DNA of 64,000 nucleotides from Alphaproteobacteria bacterium (GCA_965248835.1 CBDFLJ010000002.1:448001-512000), one strand, 5' to 3'; counted from the first letter of the stretch, positions 45,760-54,630 are shown. Numbers and translations: made by a program. Notes: generated by a model from the sequence alone, not told the origin.

Positions 45760-46842
45760 ATGGGCGATCGCCGGATCGAAGACGCGCGCCGGGCCACCAA
45801 CCCGGTGTTCAACGACCGCAAGCTCAAGCTCGGGACGTTCGGCACCAATGTCTCCAACGCATGCTCGATGACCACCATCGAAGGGCGCTATGAGCCGACC
45901 TGGCCCAACACCCTTGCGATCGCCCGACTGGCCGATGCGATGGAGTTCGAGGCCATGGTGCCGGTCGCCCGCTGGAAGGGCTTCGGCGGCGCGACCGACT
46001 TCAACGGCCGCAACTTCGAGGTCTACACCTGGGCGGCCGGGCTCGGCGCCTCGACCCGGCACGCCAGCATCATGGCGACGTCCCACGTGCCGACCGTCCA
46101 TCCCATCATGGCGGCCAAGCAGGCGACGACGATCGATCACATCACCGGCGGGCGGTTCTCGCTGAACATCGTCTGCGGCTGGTACCGGGACGAGCTCGAC
46201 ATGTTCGGTGCCCGCGCGCTCGAGCACGACGAGGCTTACGACTACGCCGCCGAGTGGCTCGATGTGATGCTGCGGCTGTGGACCGAAGGCGGCGCGTTCG
46301 ACCACGCCGGCAAGTATTTCACCATCGACCGAGCCGCGCATGCACCCAAGCCGATCCAGGCGCCGTGGCCCGCGCTGATGAACGCCGGCAAGTCGGTCAA
46401 GGGCCAGCACTTCGCGGCCAAGTACTGCGACCTCGCTTTCGTGGTCTATCAGAGCTACGACCTCGACGACATCGCCCGCATGGTGGAGGACTACCGCAGC
46501 CTTGCGCGCAACGAGTACGGCCGCGAGATCCAGGTCTGGAGCTACGCCTACGTGGTCCAGCGCGAGACCGAGGCCGAGGCGCGGGACTACCTGAACCACT
46601 ACGTCCTGGAGAAGGGCGATCGCGAGGCGTGCACGAACCTCCTGACCAGCGTCGGCGTGCCGATGGACAAGATGCCGGGCGACACGTTGGAAGAAGCGAT
46701 GTTTCACTTCATGGCGGGATGGCGCGGCTATACCGCGCAGCCGGCGGACTATCAGTCCTATGCCGATTTCGGGCGCGATGGCCGCGAACGGTGCGAATCC
46801 TACCGCGCCCCGCCCCGACCGATGCCGACGGTCCAGCCATGA
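45760..46842 (+). pseudogene. LLM-class flavin-dependent monooxygenase (RutA-like), C-terminally truncated and fused to phage-like sequence
   Basis: PVARWKGFGG, HPIMAAKQATTIDH..GGRF.LN.VCGW, PKP, MNAG; similarity stops at FMAGWRGY (about 46730) where the usual PLVGTP tail is replaced. Confidence 0.75.
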
Positions 46843-47111
46843 TCGATCCGGCACGCGGCTACTGGATCGCCGTCCACGACCGCGGCGGCCTGGTGTCCTG
46901 CTTCCATGCGACCTACGGCGCCTTGATGGGATCGCTCGCGGCGGCCGGCGCCTGCCGGGCGCGCTCCGACCTGATCGAGGTGATCGAGCGCCGCGCCGAT
47001 GGCGGCACGACGCGCCACGGGATCGGCGATGTGGACGCCTGGTGCCGCGAGCACGCGCCCGGCGAAGGCCGGCGCCCGGCGCCCGGCGCAGGGCAGGGGG
47101 CGGTGAGGTGA
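46839..47111 (+). CDS. Phage hypothetical protein
   Basis: ATGA/GTGA overlaps with both neighbours; MIDPARGYWIAVHDRG... Confidence 0.5.
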   Translation: MIDPARGYWIAVHDRGGLVSCFHATYGALMGSLAAAGACRARSDLIEVIERRADGGTTRHGIGDVDAWCREHAPGEGRRPAPGAGQGAVR

Positions 47112-47620
47112 CCGTCATCCACCCTCTGAAATTCCGCTGGGACGGGGCGGCGATGATCCCCCTGGTCGAGTCGGTCGCCGCGCGCCAATACGCGCTCGGT
47201 GCGACCTACCGCCTGGCGCCGTGGGAAGACCGCGCGCCGGCCGCTCACAACCACTACTTCGCCGCGATCCACGAGGGCTGGCGCAATCTCCCGGAGCGCT
47301 TCGTCGGACGTTGGCCGACTGCGGAGCACCTGCGGAGGGATCTGCTGATCCAGGTCGGCTATCGCGACGAGCGGTCGATCGTCTGCGCGTCGAAAGCCGA
47401 AGCGGTGCGGCTCGCCGGCTTCATCGCGCCGATGGACCGCTACGCGGTTATCGAGGCGCGCAATGCCGTCGTCACCGTCTACACCGCCAAGAGCCAGTCC
47501 ATGCGGGCGATGGGCAAGCAGGAATTCGCGGACAGCAAGCGCGAGGTGCTTGAACTTCTGTCCGAGATCATCGGCGTGTCGCAAGACGACCTGGAAGCAG
47601 ATGCAAGGATCTCGGCATGA
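47108..47620 (+). CDS. Conserved phage protein (NinB/DUF1367-like)
   Basis: HNHYFAAIHEGW.NLPE, EHLR, AKSQSMRAMGKQEF. Confidence 0.65.
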   Translation: MTVIHPLKFRWDGAAMIPLVESVAARQYALGATYRLAPWEDRAPAAHNHYFAAIHEGWRNLPERFVGRWPTAEHLRRDLLIQVGYRDERSIVCASKAEAVRLAGFIAPMDRYAVIEARNAVVTVYTAKSQSMRAMGKQEFADSKREVLELLSEIIGVSQDDLEADARISA

Positions 47621-47631
47621 ACCACCGCCCG

Positions 47632-47640
47632 TGGTAGAAT
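47632..47640 (+). promoter_or_regulatory. Extended -10 promoter candidate in repeated leader (second copy 48141-48149)
   Basis: TGGTAGAAT about 40 nt upstream of ATG, with GAGGAG RBS, in units 1 and 2. Confidence 0.5.
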
Positions 47641-47681
47641 GAAAGGGATTCGGTGACACCGATCGAACGAGGAGAATGATC

Positions 47682-48008
47682 ATGAGATTTGCCATGGTTT
47701 TCGCCGTGCTTGTGTTCATCGCTCAAGGCGCGCAAGCGCAACAAGCGTGCGACGTCTGGAACCAGGACACCTGCGATGACGATCTCCCCACCGCGAGCAA
47801 GTGCCTGAGTGCATTCGAGGACAGTTCGGCACGGCCAACATGCGTCGCGCCGTCCGCCAAGGTCGAGAGCGACTACAGGTGCACGGTCAGGGCCGGCTGT
47901 CGGAAAAGGAATTTCCAGGACTGGAAATGGTCCAAGATCACCGTCCGACACACGCGCGTCCCCGCCCTGCACAACTGTGACGGCACTCTCAAACTGGGAC
48001 TTTGCTGA
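47682..48008 (+). CDS. Secreted 8-Cys small protein 1 (cyanovirin-N-like C-terminal motif)
   Basis: RBS GAGGAG; signal MRFAMVFAVLVFIAQGAQA; 8 Cys; NCDGTLK. Confidence 0.85.
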   Translation: MRFAMVFAVLVFIAQGAQAQQACDVWNQDTCDDDLPTASKCLSAFEDSSARPTCVAPSAKVESDYRCTVRAGCRKRNFQDWKWSKITVRHTRVPALHNCDGTLKLGLC

Positions 48009-48190
48009 TCAACCGCGGGCGCCAAGGCGAGGAAACCCGGCATGATGAACGACGGCGGACCGGCTTTTCCCAGCCCCGGATCGATGAGTCCCGACGGCAT
48101 CGGCCCTGATTGACCCGAAGACGGCATGAACGACCGCCCATGGTAGAATGGAAGGGATTCGGTGATACCGATCGAACGAGGAGAATCATC

Positions 48191-48517
48191 ATGAGATTTG
48201 CCTTGGTTTTCGCCGCGCTTGTGTTCATCGCTCAAGGCGCGCCAGCGCAAGGAGCGTGCGACCTCCCGGGCGTGGGCTCCTGCAATGAGGGAGCCCTCAC
48301 CTGGAGCAGATGCATGCGTTCGTTTGCGGATAGCCACGCAGCGCGAACATGCCTCGGGCCCTCCGTCGAGATCGTTAACAACTGGAACTGCAAATTCCGG
48401 GCTAGCTGTCCGAGAGATAATTTGGACGTCTGGAAATGGTCCGAGGTCACCGTGCGTCACCAGCGCGTCCGCACTATAAGAAATTGCGACGGCACTCTCA
48501 AAGAGTGGTCTTGCTGA
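48191..48517 (+). CDS. Secreted 8-Cys small protein 2
   Basis: Ungapped paralog of protein 1; signal MRFALVFAALVFIAQGAPA; NCDGTLK. Confidence 0.85.
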   Translation: MRFALVFAALVFIAQGAPAQGACDLPGVGSCNEGALTWSRCMRSFADSHAARTCLGPSVEIVNNWNCKFRASCPRDNLDVWKWSEVTVRHQRVRTIRNCDGTLKEWSC

Positions 48518-48587
48518 TCAACCGCGGGCGCCAAGGCGAGGAAACCCGGCATGATGAACGACGGCGGACCAACCCAGGAGAATCGAA

Positions 48588-48917
48588 ATGAGATTTGCCA
48601 TCATCCTTGCGGCCCTTCTGTTCGTCGCTCAAGGCGCGCAAGCGGAAAACCCGTGTGATGTCCCGCGCCCAAGCAGCCTTTGCGACGGTGACAAGATCGG
48701 CGTCGTCATGTGCCTCATGGCTTTCGAAGACAGTCCGGCTCGGCACGACTGTTCCAGCCACACTGCCCGGGTCATCGGCAAGGACAAATGCAAGGTGAGG
48801 GCCACTTGCCAGAAAAGTGACGGGTATGCGTGGAATACGTCAGCAATCACTGTTCACCTCCAGCGCGTCGGCCATTTGAGGAACTGCGACGGCACGCTGA
48901 AAGACGGGGCCTGCTAA
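48588..48917 (+). CDS. Secreted 8-Cys small protein 3
   Basis: RBS AGGAG; signal MRFAIILAALLFVAQGAQA; 8 Cys; NCDGTLK. Confidence 0.85.
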   Translation: MRFAIILAALLFVAQGAQAENPCDVPRPSSLCDGDKIGVVMCLMAFEDSPARHDCSSHTARVIGKDKCKVRATCQKSDGYAWNTSAITVHLQRVGHLRNCDGTLKDGAC

Positions 48918-48950
48918 TGAGGCGCGGGCGCCAAGGCGAGGAAACGCGGC

Positions 48951-49184
48951 ATGATAAACGACGGCGGACCGGCTTTTCCCAGCCCCGGATCGATGAGTCC
49001 CGACGGCATCGGCCGTGATTGACCCGAAGACGGCATGCGCTTGCGCGGCTGGCTCGCGGGGCGGGTGTTGAGCGCCATCGTGTCCGGCGGCGCAAAACTG
49101 GATGAATGTCTTGTCTTTGCCCGCACCGCCTGCAGGGCGGCCGATGCGATGGTGGCGGCGTGGGACGAGGAACCGTCCGAATGA
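48951..49184 (+). pseudogene. Small phage protein of the NDGGPAFP...GM.LR...ADAM type with an in-frame TGA
   Basis: MINDGGPAFPSPGSMSPDGIGRD*PEDGMRLRGWLAGRVL...AADAMVAA; stop at 49020-49022. Confidence 0.7.
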
Positions 49185-49513
49185 CCCGCCGCATCCGGTT
49201 CCATCCCCGCGTCCATGCCGCGAGCGTGCGGCGTCAAGCCGGGTCCTGCGCCCGCGGCTGCGGCGAGGCGCCGGGCGACGACCCGCGCGAGATCCGGTAC
49301 GACCGTTTGATCCCGCTCCAGCCGGGCGGGGAGGACATTCCGGAGAACCTGCCGGCGCTGCGCCTCGAGCATCGCTTCCGGAACAACGCCCGCGAGGCGA
49401 AGGCCCGCGCCAGGGTGAAGCGCATCCGGCAACGCGAAGGGCTCATGAAGCGGCCCCTGCCGCGGCACGACAAGGCGCCGGCGGCGATTTTGCAAGGGCC
49501 GAGCGATGGATGA
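49181..49513 (+). CDS. Degenerate HNH endonuclease-like protein
   Basis: CARGCG...YDRLIPLQPGGEDIPENL.AL: HNH layout with catalytic His (YDH) replaced by Arg. Confidence 0.55.
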   Translation: MTRRIRFHPRVHAASVRRQAGSCARGCGEAPGDDPREIRYDRLIPLQPGGEDIPENLPALRLEHRFRNNAREAKARARVKRIRQREGLMKRPLPRHDKAPAAILQGPSDG

Positions 49514-49737
49514 CGCGCCCGCACCCCTTATCGCCGCCGACACCCCGCTGCGCGATCTCCGCGCGCAGCAAGCCCAGCTCGCGTTACGCGCCGAAATATT
49601 CCCCGACGCGCGGACGGCCTGGGAAGCCGTCACGGCGCTGATCGCGGTCCGGCAAGCGCTGGCGGCGAGGGGAGGGGAGTCGTGATGCGTGGGGCCGTCA
49701 TCCCGGCTCCGGTCACCTCGCGGCGAGAGCCGGAGCG

Positions 49738-50016
49738 GTGACCGCGACCGCAGCCGTTCGGGAAAACCTGCCGCACTGGCCGCGGCTGTTGAGCCGCGAC
49801 CTGGCGGCGGCCTATGTCGGGCTGTCGGTGAACGCGCTCGAACAGCGGATCGGCGCGCCGTGGCCGGCGCCGATCCGCGTCGGCCGGCGCAAGCTCTACG
49901 ACCGCGACGCGCTCGACCGGGCGGTCGACGCCTTGACCCGCGCCGAGGCAAGCGCACCGGCGGAAAAGATCCGCCGCGAGCGCCGCCATGCAGGGGGTCG
50001 CGCTGCGCCACGTTAA
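49738..50016 (+). CDS. Excisionase-like DNA-binding protein
   Basis: WPRLLSRDLAAAYVGLS...PAPIRVGRRKLYDRDALD; overlaps integrase start. Confidence 0.75.
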   Translation: MTATAAVRENLPHWPRLLSRDLAAAYVGLSVNALEQRIGAPWPAPIRVGRRKLYDRDALDRAVDALTRAEASAPAEKIRRERRHAGGRAAPR

Positions 50017-51007
50017 GCGGTACTGCGTCGCCGGCAAGGTCTACTGGTATCACCGGGAGACCGGGGAGCGGCTGTCCGAGGACGCGGACGACCGCGCCGC
50101 CCGCGTGCTGCACATCAACGCCACGCTCGACGGCTGGCGCGGCGCCGCGGTCCCCGGCTCGATCGGCGAGCTGATCGGCCGCTACAAGGCGAGCCCGGAT
50201 TTCACGCGCCTGGCGCCGTCGACCCGGCGCGGCTATGGAACCTATCTCGGCCTGCTCGAACGGTGTTTCGCCGACGATCCGGTCAGCGGCATCGACCGGG
50301 CCTGGCTCTACAAGGTGCGCGACAGCATGGCCGATGCGCCGCGCGCCGCCGATCTGCTGCTGTCGATCCTGTCGATCCTGCTCGGCTTCGCGGTCGATCG
50401 CGGCTGGCGTGCGGACAACCCGGCGGTGCGGATCAGGAAGCTGCGCGGCGGCAAGAGCTACGAGCCCTGGCCGGAGGCCGCGATCGCGCGGTTCCGCGCC
50501 GGCGCCGACAAGCGCATGGTGTGGGCGATGGAGCTGGCGCTCTATACCGGTCAGCGCCAATCGGACGTGCTGGCGATGCAATGGCATCACATCGAGGACG
50601 GGCTGATCTCGGTCGCCCAGCAAAAGACCGGCGAGCGGCTGGCGATCCCGATCCACCGCGACCTGGCATCGGTCCTCGATGCGATCCCGCGCGGCCACCT
50701 GTCGATCGTCCACACCGCGCGCGGCGCGCCCTACACGCCGTCGGGCTTCCGGGCCAGTTTTCGCAAGACGCTCGCCAGGCTCGGCCTCGCCGGGCTCCAG
50801 TTCCACGGGCTGCGCCACACCGCCGGTCAACTGCTCGCCGAGGCCGGCGCGACCGACCGGGAGCTGATGGCGATCCTCGGCCACCGGACGGCCGCGATGG
50901 TGACCAGATACACCCGCAAGGCCGACCAGGAACGGCTCGCCCGGTCGGCGATCGTCAAGCTCGAGACCAGAACGGGCGTGTCCAAGGCGCCCGATCGTGC
51001 GGTCTGA
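49988..51007 (+). CDS. Phage tyrosine integrase
   Basis: LYTGQRQSD (R), QQKTG (K), FHGLRHT (HxxR), LGH, VTRY (Y). Confidence 0.93.
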   Translation: MQGVALRHVKRYCVAGKVYWYHRETGERLSEDADDRAARVLHINATLDGWRGAAVPGSIGELIGRYKASPDFTRLAPSTRRGYGTYLGLLERCFADDPVSGIDRAWLYKVRDSMADAPRAADLLLSILSILLGFAVDRGWRADNPAVRIRKLRGGKSYEPWPEAAIARFRAGADKRMVWAMELALYTGQRQSDVLAMQWHHIEDGLISVAQQKTGERLAIPIHRDLASVLDAIPRGHLSIVHTARGAPYTPSGFRASFRKTLARLGLAGLQFHGLRHTAGQLLAEAGATDRELMAILGHRTAAMVTRYTRKADQERLARSAIVKLETRTGVSKAPDRAV

Positions 51008-51054
51008 GCCGGTATTCGGCCGGCTGCTGCGCGAAAGGGACGGCTCGCGGCCGA

Positions 51055-51489
51055 CTACCGGTCGTGAGGCGGGTTTCGGGATGCCTGTATCTTGCGGATG
51101 CGTTCCGGCCATGTGGACCGGATATAGGCCAGGATGTCCCAGATCTCGTCGTCGGTCAGGACATCGCCGAGGCCCGGCATGCCGCTCTTGAACCGCGTGA
51201 TGCCCCGCGCCTCCATCAGGGCCTTGCCGCCGAGCTCGGTGTAGTCGAACAGAAGCCGGTTGTCGTGATGCCAGGTGTGGCCGGTTGCATCGTGCGGCGG
51301 CGCCGGCAGAACCCCGTCCTTTCCGATCTGCCGCCAGCTGGGCTGTCCTTCGAGCTTGTCGCCGTGACACGAGGCGCAGTGTTCCTTGTAGAGCACCTGC
51401 CCGTTCGCGAGGTCGCGGTCGTCGAGCTCGTCGCCCGCCAGCGCGGCGCCCGGTGACAGTAATGCGAGGGCCAGCAGCAAACGCTTCAT
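51055..51489 (-). CDS. c-type cytochrome (copper-resistance-associated type)
   Basis: Signal peptide; CASCHG; PAPPHDATGHTWHH; MPG. Confidence 0.88.
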   Translation of the reverse strand: MKRLLLALALLSPGAALAGDELDDRDLANGQVLYKEHCASCHGDKLEGQPSWRQIGKDGVLPAPPHDATGHTWHHDNRLLFDYTELGGKALMEARGITRFKSGMPGLGDVLTDDEIWDILAYIRSTWPERIRKIQASRNPPHDR

Positions 51490-52001
51490 GCGACCTCGAC
51501 CCATGTCTTCATGCCCGACGCCTGGTGGGCGAGGGTATGGCAGTGCAGCAGCCATTTGCCGGGGTTGTCGAACCCGCCGCGCATCTCTCCCGTCCTGGAC
51601 AGGCGCCAATCGTCCAGAACGACCGTGATGTCGCGGTCGATTCGGGGCGGGTTGCGTTCCTCGACGATCAACGGGCCGTACAGCCCCTTGGCCACCTGCT
51701 CCCAGGACCGGTGGTGGGCGTGGTACCAGTCGGTTCCGGCGTGGGGCACGACGAAGGCGTAGTCGAAGGTCTCGCCGGGTTCGACGGCCGCCTGCGTAAG
51801 GCCCGGCACACCGTCCATCGCGTTGTCGAGGTGGATGCCGTGCCAGTGGATGGCGGAGCCCTGGTCGATTCCGTTCTCGAACGCAACCGATATCCGGCCG
51901 CCCTGGCGGACGCGGATTTCGGGGCCTGGAGTCGACCCGTTGAACCCCAGCATGCGTATAGGCCGTCGCCCTCGGGCAGTAAGCGCGCGGTGACGAGCTG
52001 C
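51486..52001 (-). pseudogene. Multicopper oxidase remnant (5'-truncated, large in-frame internal deletion)
   Basis: PGPEIR, IHWHG, MDGVPGLTQ, WYHAH joined directly to NPGKWLLHCH..H...GM. Confidence 0.8.
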
Positions 52002-52222
52002 TCACATGCCGGAATATCGAACCATCGATGAACGCAAGGCCGTCAGAACCACAAACGCCATCGAACGACGCTTCCGCGAAGTCCGACGCAGAACAAGGCC
52101 CATGGACGTCTTCCAGGATCGCACATCCATGGACCGTATCTTCTTCGCCGTCTTCACAGACGAAAATTCAAACCAGGGAGTCTCAAGCCTCTTCTCCCTG
52201 ACACACAACTCTTGATGTTACC
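52002..52222 (+). mobile_element. IS256-family 3' remnant
   Basis: RTTNAIERRFREVRRRTRPM..F; terminal ACACAACTCTTGATGTTACC. Confidence 0.8.
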
Positions 52223-52296
52223 ATTGGTCGTCTGGGAAATGCGGTCTAAGGGGCCTTCAAGCTATACCCCCGACCGCCACAACCTTTTGATTTAAT

Positions 52297-52341
52297 TGGT
52301 GGGCGCACACGGACTCGAACCGTGGACCCGCTGATTAAGAG
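52297..52341 (-). other. att core: 3' half of tRNA-Lys(CTT)
   Basis: Minus strand CTCTTAATCAGCGGGTCCACGGTTCGAGTCCGTGTGCGCCCACCA (anticodon loop to CCA); no 5' half present. Confidence 0.88.
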
Positions 52342-52446
52342 GCGGTGATTTCCCCCGCGTTTTCAATACCGTTAGACAGTTTTGGCCTGATCGCCGCCAT
52401 CGAGAAATCAATGGGTTACGGCAGAATTGTCTAACGGAGAAAGCAC

Positions 52447-52776
52447 ATGCCAGACACCCAAAACGAGCGGTTCGCCGAGTGGGCGATCCTCGAGCTTATG
52501 GGACATCGGCGGCTCGCCGGTTTCGTGTCTGAGGTTGAGCTTGGGGGAGCGTCGTTCTTCCGCCTCGACGTGCATACCGAGCTGGAGCCGATCACCACGC
52601 AGTTCTACTCGCCGGCGGCAGTGTACTGCATCACGCCGGCGACCGAGGCGATCGCCCGCGCGATGGGAGAACGGACCAGGCCCGAGCCCGTTCATCGCTA
52701 TGAACTGGAGCCGCCAAAGAGCCTGCCGGCTCGTGACGATTTCCACGAATGCGATGTCGACGAACTGGAACTTTGA
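52447..52776 (+). CDS. Conserved phage hypothetical protein
   Basis: WAILELMGHRRLAG.V.E, TQFYSP.AVYCITP; RBS GGAG. Confidence 0.75.
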   Translation: MPDTQNERFAEWAILELMGHRRLAGFVSEVELGGASFFRLDVHTELEPITTQFYSPAAVYCITPATEAIARAMGERTRPEPVHRYELEPPKSLPARDDFHECDVDELEL

Positions 52777-52778
52777 TC

Positions 52779-53831
52779 ATGGCTGACAACACCTTGATAT
52801 CCTGGGCAGACGCGACTTGGAATCCGATCACCGGGTGCTCTCTCGTGAGCCCTGGCTGTACTCATTGCTATGCGATGGGGCTGGCCGGCGGTCGGCTTAG
52901 GGATCACCCGAGCCGCGCCGGCCTCACGGTGCCGAGCAAGGCCGGTCCGGTTTGGAACGGCCAGGTCCGGTTCAACGAGGAATGGCTTGATCAGCCGTTG
53001 CGCTGGCGCCGGCCGCGCCGGATCTTCGTCTGCGCTCACGGGGATCTTTTCCATCCTGCTGTTCCGCTCGAATGGATCAAATCCATTTGGGAGGTCATGC
53101 ACCATGCGCACCGCCAGCGTGGGCATATTTTCCAAATCCTGACGAAGCGCCCCGAGTGGATCGCGCGGGCACTCGGACCGGACGGGATCGGATGGTACGC
53201 CGTCGAAGGGCCGGTGCCCTGCCCAGAGCCAGGGATATGGCTCGGGACATCGATCGAGAACCAAGAATGGGCCGATATCCGTGTGCCGTTTCTGCTCAAT
53301 GCGCCGGCCGCGGTGCGGTTCGTGAGTTGTGAGCCTTTAATTTCTCATATTGATTTGACCGATGTGACGGCGGCCACGGCGACCGGCCCAGAGCAATGGG
53401 ACTGCTTGGACCGCGTAGACGCCGCTGATGCGGAGCCAGGTTCTCCCGGAACGGTTATCGACTGGGTGATCGTCGGCGGCGAGTCCGGCCCCGGCGCGCG
53501 GCCCATGCATCCGGCCTGGGCGCGGTCGCTCAGGGAGCAATTTCTAGCGGCGGGCGTCGCGTTCCACTTCAAGCAGTGGGGCGAGTGGGCCCCCTATAGC
53601 GCGGTCGGCGGCGCGGGGTGGTACACCGCGTCGCGCTTCGACGAACGCGGGACCCTCAAGGGTAAGTGGCTCGGAAAGGTCCATGCACCGACCAGCACAG
53701 GCGTGGACTTCCTGTTCGACGGTGCTGCCTTCGAGACTAGCGAGATTAAGGGCGACCTCCTGCTGAAGTTCGGCAAGAAGCGTGCCGGTCGCGCCCTCGA
53801 CGGCCGCACATGGGATGAATACCCGGCATGA
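52779..53831 (+). CDS. Phage Gp37/Gp68 (DUF5131) family protein
   Basis: I.WADATWNPITGC..VSPGC.HCYA, DLFH, FQILTKRP, RFVSCEPL, WVIVGGESG, FKQWG. Confidence 0.93.
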   Translation: MADNTLISWADATWNPITGCSLVSPGCTHCYAMGLAGGRLRDHPSRAGLTVPSKAGPVWNGQVRFNEEWLDQPLRWRRPRRIFVCAHGDLFHPAVPLEWIKSIWEVMHHAHRQRGHIFQILTKRPEWIARALGPDGIGWYAVEGPVPCPEPGIWLGTSIENQEWADIRVPFLLNAPAAVRFVSCEPLISHIDLTDVTAATATGPEQWDCLDRVDAADAEPGSPGTVIDWVIVGGESGPGARPMHPAWARSLREQFLAAGVAFHFKQWGEWAPYSAVGGAGWYTASRFDERGTLKGKWLGKVHAPTSTGVDFLFDGAAFETSEIKGDLLLKFGKKRAGRALDGRTWDEYPA

Positions 53832-54055
53832 GCCAGCACCTGTGCCATTGGCCGGGCTGCGGGCGCGTGGTGCCGCCGAAACTGTGGGGCTGCAAATTCC
53901 ACTGGATGAAGCTGCCCAAGCGCATCCGCGACCGGATCTGGGCAGCTTATCGACCCGGCCAGGAGGTCACCAAGACCCCGAGCCGGGAATATCTGGATGC
54001 CGCCAGGGCGGCCCTGGATTGGATACGCGAGCACACAGGAGCGAGAACCGCATGA
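53828..54055 (+). CDS. Phage hypothetical protein (putative Zn-binding)
   Basis: HLCHWPGC...GCKFHW.KLP; ATGA overlaps. Confidence 0.7.
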   Translation: MSQHLCHWPGCGRVVPPKLWGCKFHWMKLPKRIRDRIWAAYRPGQEVTKTPSREYLDAARAALDWIREHTGARTA

Positions 54056-54630
54056 CCGAAGCCTACCCCCTGCATTGGCCGGCCGGCTGGCCGCGCACGG
54101 CACACCGGGCGGCATCACGGTTTGAGCCGCGCGGCCTTGCCGGCGAGGCCCAATTCATCCGATGGGAACTCGAACGGCTTGGCGCGACCGGCATGGTCGT
54201 ATCGACCAACATTCCCCTGCGTCGTGACGGCTTGCCCTTTTCAGGGCGCCCAAAGATCGACGACCCCGGCGTGGCCGTCTACTTCGTGCTCGCCGGCCGC
54301 CAACAGTGCATCCCCTGCGACCGATGGCGCACGGTCGAGGAAAACTGCCGCGCCATCTGGAAATCGATCGAGGCTCTGCGCGGTCTCGACCGCTGGGGCG
54401 CCAAGAGCTTCGTCGATGCGGCCTTCCGAGGCTTCGAGGCCCTGCCGGCGCCGGGTGCGGCACGCCATTGGACGGAAGTTCTCGGTGTTCCGGACAGCGC
54501 GTCCGGCGAGCAGGTCGACTGCGCCTATCGGGACCGGGCTCGGAAACTCCATCCCGATAACGGCGGATCGAACGAAGCTATGGCCGAACTCAACCGCGCA
54601 CGGGACGAAGCGCGGAACGTCGTCGGATGA
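54052..54630 (+). CDS. Phage DnaJ-domain protein
   Basis: AYPLHWPAGWPRT, DPGVAVYF, CDRW, AFRGFEALP, HPD motif. Confidence 0.88.
   Translation: MTEAYPLHWPAGWPRTAHRAASRFEPRGLAGEAQFIRWELERLGATGMVVSTNIPLRRDGLPFSGRPKIDDPGVAVYFVLAGRQQCIPCDRWRTVEENCRAIWKSIEALRGLDRWGAKSFVDAAFRGFEALPAPGAARHWTEVLGVPDSASGEQVDCAYRDRARKLHPDNGGSNEAMAELNRARDEARNVVG

Larger units (their letters stand above)
47613..49037 (+). repeat. Tandem repeat array: leader + Cys-rich gene + trailer, three units
   Basis: 69-nt leader at 47613 and 48122 (period 509, 5 mismatches); trailer with CGCGGGCGCCAAGGCGAGGAAAC..GACGGCGGACC at about 48009, 48518 and 48923. Confidence 0.92.

Noticed and set aside
47682-48917. Diversity-generating retroelement target
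   Set aside because: No reverse transcriptase or template repeat in the window; differences are not adenine-restricted
49020-49022. Selenocysteine or TGA recoding
   Set aside because: Neighbouring genes end normally at TGA and adjacent phage genes are also decayed; simple nonsense mutation is more likely
47613-49037. CRISPR array or integron cassette array
   Set aside because: Repeats are 53-120 bp and separated by whole genes; no cas genes; no GTTRRRY/RYYYAAC attC ends seen; the nearby integrase looks phage-type with xis
52297-52341. Functional tRNA-Lys gene
   Set aside because: Acceptor 5' strand and D arm are absent; treated as att core
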